Part shown: in pieces, positions 59,720 through 64,000 of the stretch | Numbering within the stretch: the stretch's first letter is position 1 | Layout of the letters: each line of letters begins with the position of its first letter | Source: Eledone cirrhosa | Taxonomy: Eukaryota | Reading direction: 5' to 3' | DNA: 64,000 nt | Assembly (NCBI GenBank): GCA_964016885.1 | Contig: OZ024750.1 | Location: 31,930,001-31,994,000 of the forward strand | Program-made: the position numbers and the translations under genes | Notes under the pieces: generated by a model | What the model saw: the letters and a program-made list of their open reading frames with translations, nothing else | Told to the model about the DNA's origin: nothing | Database searches by the model: none

Positions 59720-60845
59720 ATATGTATGTATATGTGTATGTGTATGTATATGTATATGTATGCGTATTAATTTTGATTTCTATTTGCATATAATTATATT
59801 ATGCTATTGATGAAATACAATATCTGCTTTATGTATTGTATACCTAATTAACATATACTAATTAACGTATACTATTGAAATAAATATATAATTTTTAATT
59901 TAGTTAACATATAATTTATATGCTACTACCGATGTAATACTTTATTTTATTTTTATTTGGGTTTCTTTTCCCTATTACTAAATTCATCTCCTAATATTGA
60001 TACCATAACGTTATTAACTTTAATTTAGTTATACTGTAATTAATAATCTACTACTGTTTGACTTCAAAATTCTGCTTCAAATATTATAAACCTAACTAAT
60101 TTACACCTTAGAAATCAATATGTTGGCTATCTTTGGTTTAGTTAACATATGATTAATGGTATACTTATTTATTTTGAGATGCATAGATTTCGTATTTCCT
60201 AGCATTGAAAATATGTAAGAACATACATTGAATTAAGATACGGAAAATATTATATGTTTCTTGAAACATATATTTACTTTGATCCCCTTCTCCAAACCCC
60301 CCCTTTCCCCCATACTATTATCATCTGTATTTGTAAGAGTCTATGTATGAATATATATGTAGGTAGGTGTCTATATAGGTTTGGGTATTTATATCTAAAT
60401 ATAAAAATACATATATGAGCATGCAAATATGAATGTAAGATTGTGTGTGTATATATGATTGTACATACATATGTATGTATATATATGTGTATATATATGC
60501 ATTATATATGTGTGTATATGTGAATGTGTTGTATGTATATGTGTATGTATGTGTTTATATGTGTATGTATGTGTATGCTTGTATATATATGAATATATAT
60601 ATGTGTATATATGTATGTATATGTATATGCGTGTATGTATGTATGTGTATGTGTGTTGTGTATATATATGTATATCTCTCTATTTATATGTTTATCTTCG
60701 TATCTATGTGATATATGTGTGTGTGTGTGCACGTATGCATATGTATGCGTTTGTGTGTGTTTGTATGTGTGTGTGTATATATGTGTATGTGCGCACACAC
60801 ACATACACATATATATATATATATATGTGAATGTGTATGTGTGTC

Positions 60846-60878
<33 letters not shown>

Positions 60879-61352
60879 GTATATATATATATATGTATAT
60901 ATATATATAGATATATATATATATATATATATATATAGGTGTCTATGTGTGAATATATGTCTTTATTAGTATGTGTGTATTTATGTATGTATGTATTTAT
61001 GTGTATGTATGTATGTGTATGTATGTATGTATATATATATATATATATATATGTATATGTATATATATATATGTATATTATTCTTTATTATTATAATATA
61101 ACTTATGTGTATATGTGTATAAGTGAGGTTGTGTATGTATATATAATATGTGTATATATAAGAGTAATAAAATATATATATATATATATATATGTGCATG
61201 TCTGTTTTTTATGTGTGTGTGTATATATATATATGTATGTATATATATGTATATATATGTACGTGTGTGTATATGGATATATATATATATATATATATAC
61301 ATGTGGGTGTTTGTATGTGTTTTTATGGTGGTATGTGTGTGTGGATATATAT

Positions 61353-61391
<39 letters not shown>

Positions 61392-61397
61392 AGTCTA

Positions 61398-61450
<53 letters not shown>

Positions 61451-61787
61451 ATATATGTGTGTGTATGTATATATATATGTGTATGTATGTGTATATATAT
61501 ATATATATATCTCTATTAATGCGTGTGTGTATGTATATACATATGCCTTTTTATTATTATTTTTTATTATTATCTTTATTTGTATGTCTGAGTTTGGTGA
61601 GGTTGTATTGTTTTTTATGTATATACACATTTATGGAAGCGTATGTATTTATATATATGAGTATAAGTAGGTGCATATGTATGTATGATTATATATCTAA
61701 TTCTGTGTATGAAGGTACATCTATATATATATATATATATGCGTGTGTATGTAAGTTGTGTGTGTATGTATCTATATGTCTATGTGA

Positions 61788-61835
<48 letters not shown>

Positions 61836-61926
61836 CGATGTGCGTATATGTATGTACATGTATGTACATGTATGTGTGTATGTATGTGTAGTTATATTTA
61901 GATGTATGTGTATGTATATGTATATG

Positions 61927-61981
<55 letters not shown>

Positions 61982-62290
61982 ATGTATATATATATGGATA
62001 TATATCTTTATTATCTATATTTTTTTTTATATATATGTGTATGTGTGTATGTGTTGCGCGTGTGTGTGTGTGTATATATATATCTTTTTATATGTGTATG
62101 TGTATGTTCGTGTAAGTGTATGTGTGTGTATGACTGTATATGTATGTGTGTATGTGTGTATGCGTAAATATCTCTATGTGTGCGTACATGTATGTATGTG
62201 TGTTTATATATCTGTATGTGTATATATATTATATTATAGTTATTATATTTTATTGTTTTATTTTTTTATTTTTCTTAATTTATAGATACA
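59600..62290 (+). repeat. Degenerate, strand-biased (TG/TA/TATG)n tracts inside the PLE 3' region
   Basis: TG-rich on the + strand with almost no CA runs, at 59600-59770 and 60340-62290. Confidence 0.85.
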
Positions 62291-62809
62291 TTTATATTAG
62301 GCAGTCTGTCTCAGACAATTGAATACTGACCCCTCCCCCCCCTCCCACCTAATTTCTGTATCTTGATCTTGAAATGTGTGTGCCAGTGTTTTATGTGAGT
62401 GATTTAATTTCTATGTGCTTATGATTTTATATCCACATATATAAATGTGAGTGGGGGAGTGTGTGTGTTTGTATGTTCGTGGTTATGTGTATATTTATGC
62501 ATATACGCGCATGTATGTGTGATTATACTGATATGTGTGAGTATGAAAAAATATATTTATATGCTTGACTCCATAAGTATCAATGCGCATCTTATCAGCG
62601 CATTAAGCTTACAGAGATATTAACCTTGAAATTTTGTGTTTGCATCCATCTTTTTAGTATGCGTATACAAATTATACACACATTTTTGTAAAATATGTGT
62701 AAGGATTTTACATGTATATACACACACCGAACTGCTTTTAACCCTTTGTGTTTTCATTGGTCAATTTTGAACTGATATTTTGAATTGTTGTTATTATCAA
62801 TAAATATAT

Positions 62810-62964
62810 TTCATTATTTCTGAAGACGGCGTATATATGTGTTAGGTATGTATATTTAATCTTGATAATTTGTATAATTTTGTATAATTTTGTACATAGA
62901 TCTGTTGAATATGCATACCAATTATAACGCATGTATACCCTAGAAACGATCGTTAAATAATGAA
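62810..62964 (+). ncRNA. Type I hammerhead motif in the PLE 3' pLTR, sense to the ORF
   Basis: ttcattattt-CTGAAGA-cggcgtatatatg...(about 90 nt)...catgtatacccta-GAAAC-gatc-GTT-aaataatgaa; 10-bp stem I; predicted cut after 62954. Confidence 0.78.
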
Positions 62965-63008
62965 TTTTTTTGTTTAATATAAGGAATTGTTTATTCATTA
63001 TTTGTTTA

Positions 63009-63047
<39 letters not shown>

Positions 63048-64000
63048 AAGACATTTAAAACATTTTATTCCATACATATTAATCTTTCACATTTTACTTT
63101 CATTATCGCTATTTGTGTTTTACCATTTTCAAATAATTCTCTATGATGTTGATTGTGATATTTTCTCTGCTAAACTCTACTAAAATGTGTTAATAACATC
63201 TTATATGTTATTTAAGACATTGGCTACTAGAAAATTAGAAAAATGCTCTAAGAAGAAGAAAAGAAATGATTTTCTATAAACGTCAAACATGTTCAGTTAT
63301 TTGACTTAATTATTTCATTATATTGTTAAATATTTTATAACAAACTTAGTAACCTAGAGGTTAATCTAAATTGAAGTTAATCCGAGTAAAAATGTATAAG
63401 ATTTGATAAGTTCAACAGCCACATGCGAGGAAATGTGTAGAGTGTTTTGCGTATAAATGTGTTTTCTGTTGTAACCAAGTCAGTAAATAATTGTATTTGA
63501 TGCATGCTGTTTGATGGCGGAATAATACTCAGAATAGATGTCATTCAATATCTGTATATATGTATCCACAGATATTACATTGAAAACACTGTATAATTGT
63601 AATGGCTTGAATAAGGAATATATATATACTTATAAACGCAGAAACACAAGCATGCAAACACTCACACGCACACACACACACAACCACAAATATATATATA
63701 TACACAGTCACATACGCACACATGCATATATATGTATATATGTGTGTGTAACTATGTGTATGTGGGTGTATATATATTCATACATACGTATATAACAAAC
63801 ATGCACACACACACACACATACACACACTCACTCACACTCACACACATATATATATATATACATATATATATATACATATATATATTTACATATTTATAT
63901 ATATATAAATATATCCACATCTATATATCTATATATATATCTATATATCTATATATCTATATCTATATATATATATAGAGAGAGATATTAGAAAGTGAGG

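Larger units (their letters stand above)
56484..63016 (+). mobile_element. Young 5'-truncated Penelope-like element with inverted pseudo-LTR and about 3.9-kb 3' region
   Basis: 56618-57022 and 62613-63016 are near-identical inverted copies (2 differences noticed); open RT-EN frame between them; both outer ends in (TA)n. Confidence 0.88.

Overview
Eukaryotic, very AT-rich, gene-poor DNA. The SINE motifs and (TA)n/(CA)n/(GA)n load suggest an octopus or other cephalopod; this is recalled similarity, not a database result. No host protein-coding gene can be supported, and nearly all listed ORFs are microsatellite read-through (YI/HT/CV repeats). The window holds about 20 tRNA-type SINE copies, RTE-clade LINE fragments, three DNA-transposon MITEs (piggyBac-, pogo/Tc1- and hAT-type), and Penelope-like elements (PLEs): one young 5'-truncated copy with an open RT + GIY-YIG frame (56912-59143), one decayed copy and one endonuclease-only fragment. 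The main finding is a recurring system of hammerhead-ribozyme (HHR)-bearing PLE ends inserted in (TA)n tracts as outward-facing inverted pairs. Across unrelated families they share (i) type I HHR cores with short, near-palindromic stem III, (ii) a C-C mismatch at position 4 of stem II in six motifs, and (iii) one arm that repeatedly stops just upstream of a (T)ACTC...GAGTG hairpin. All alignments and folds were done by eye, so coordinates are approximate to a few bases.
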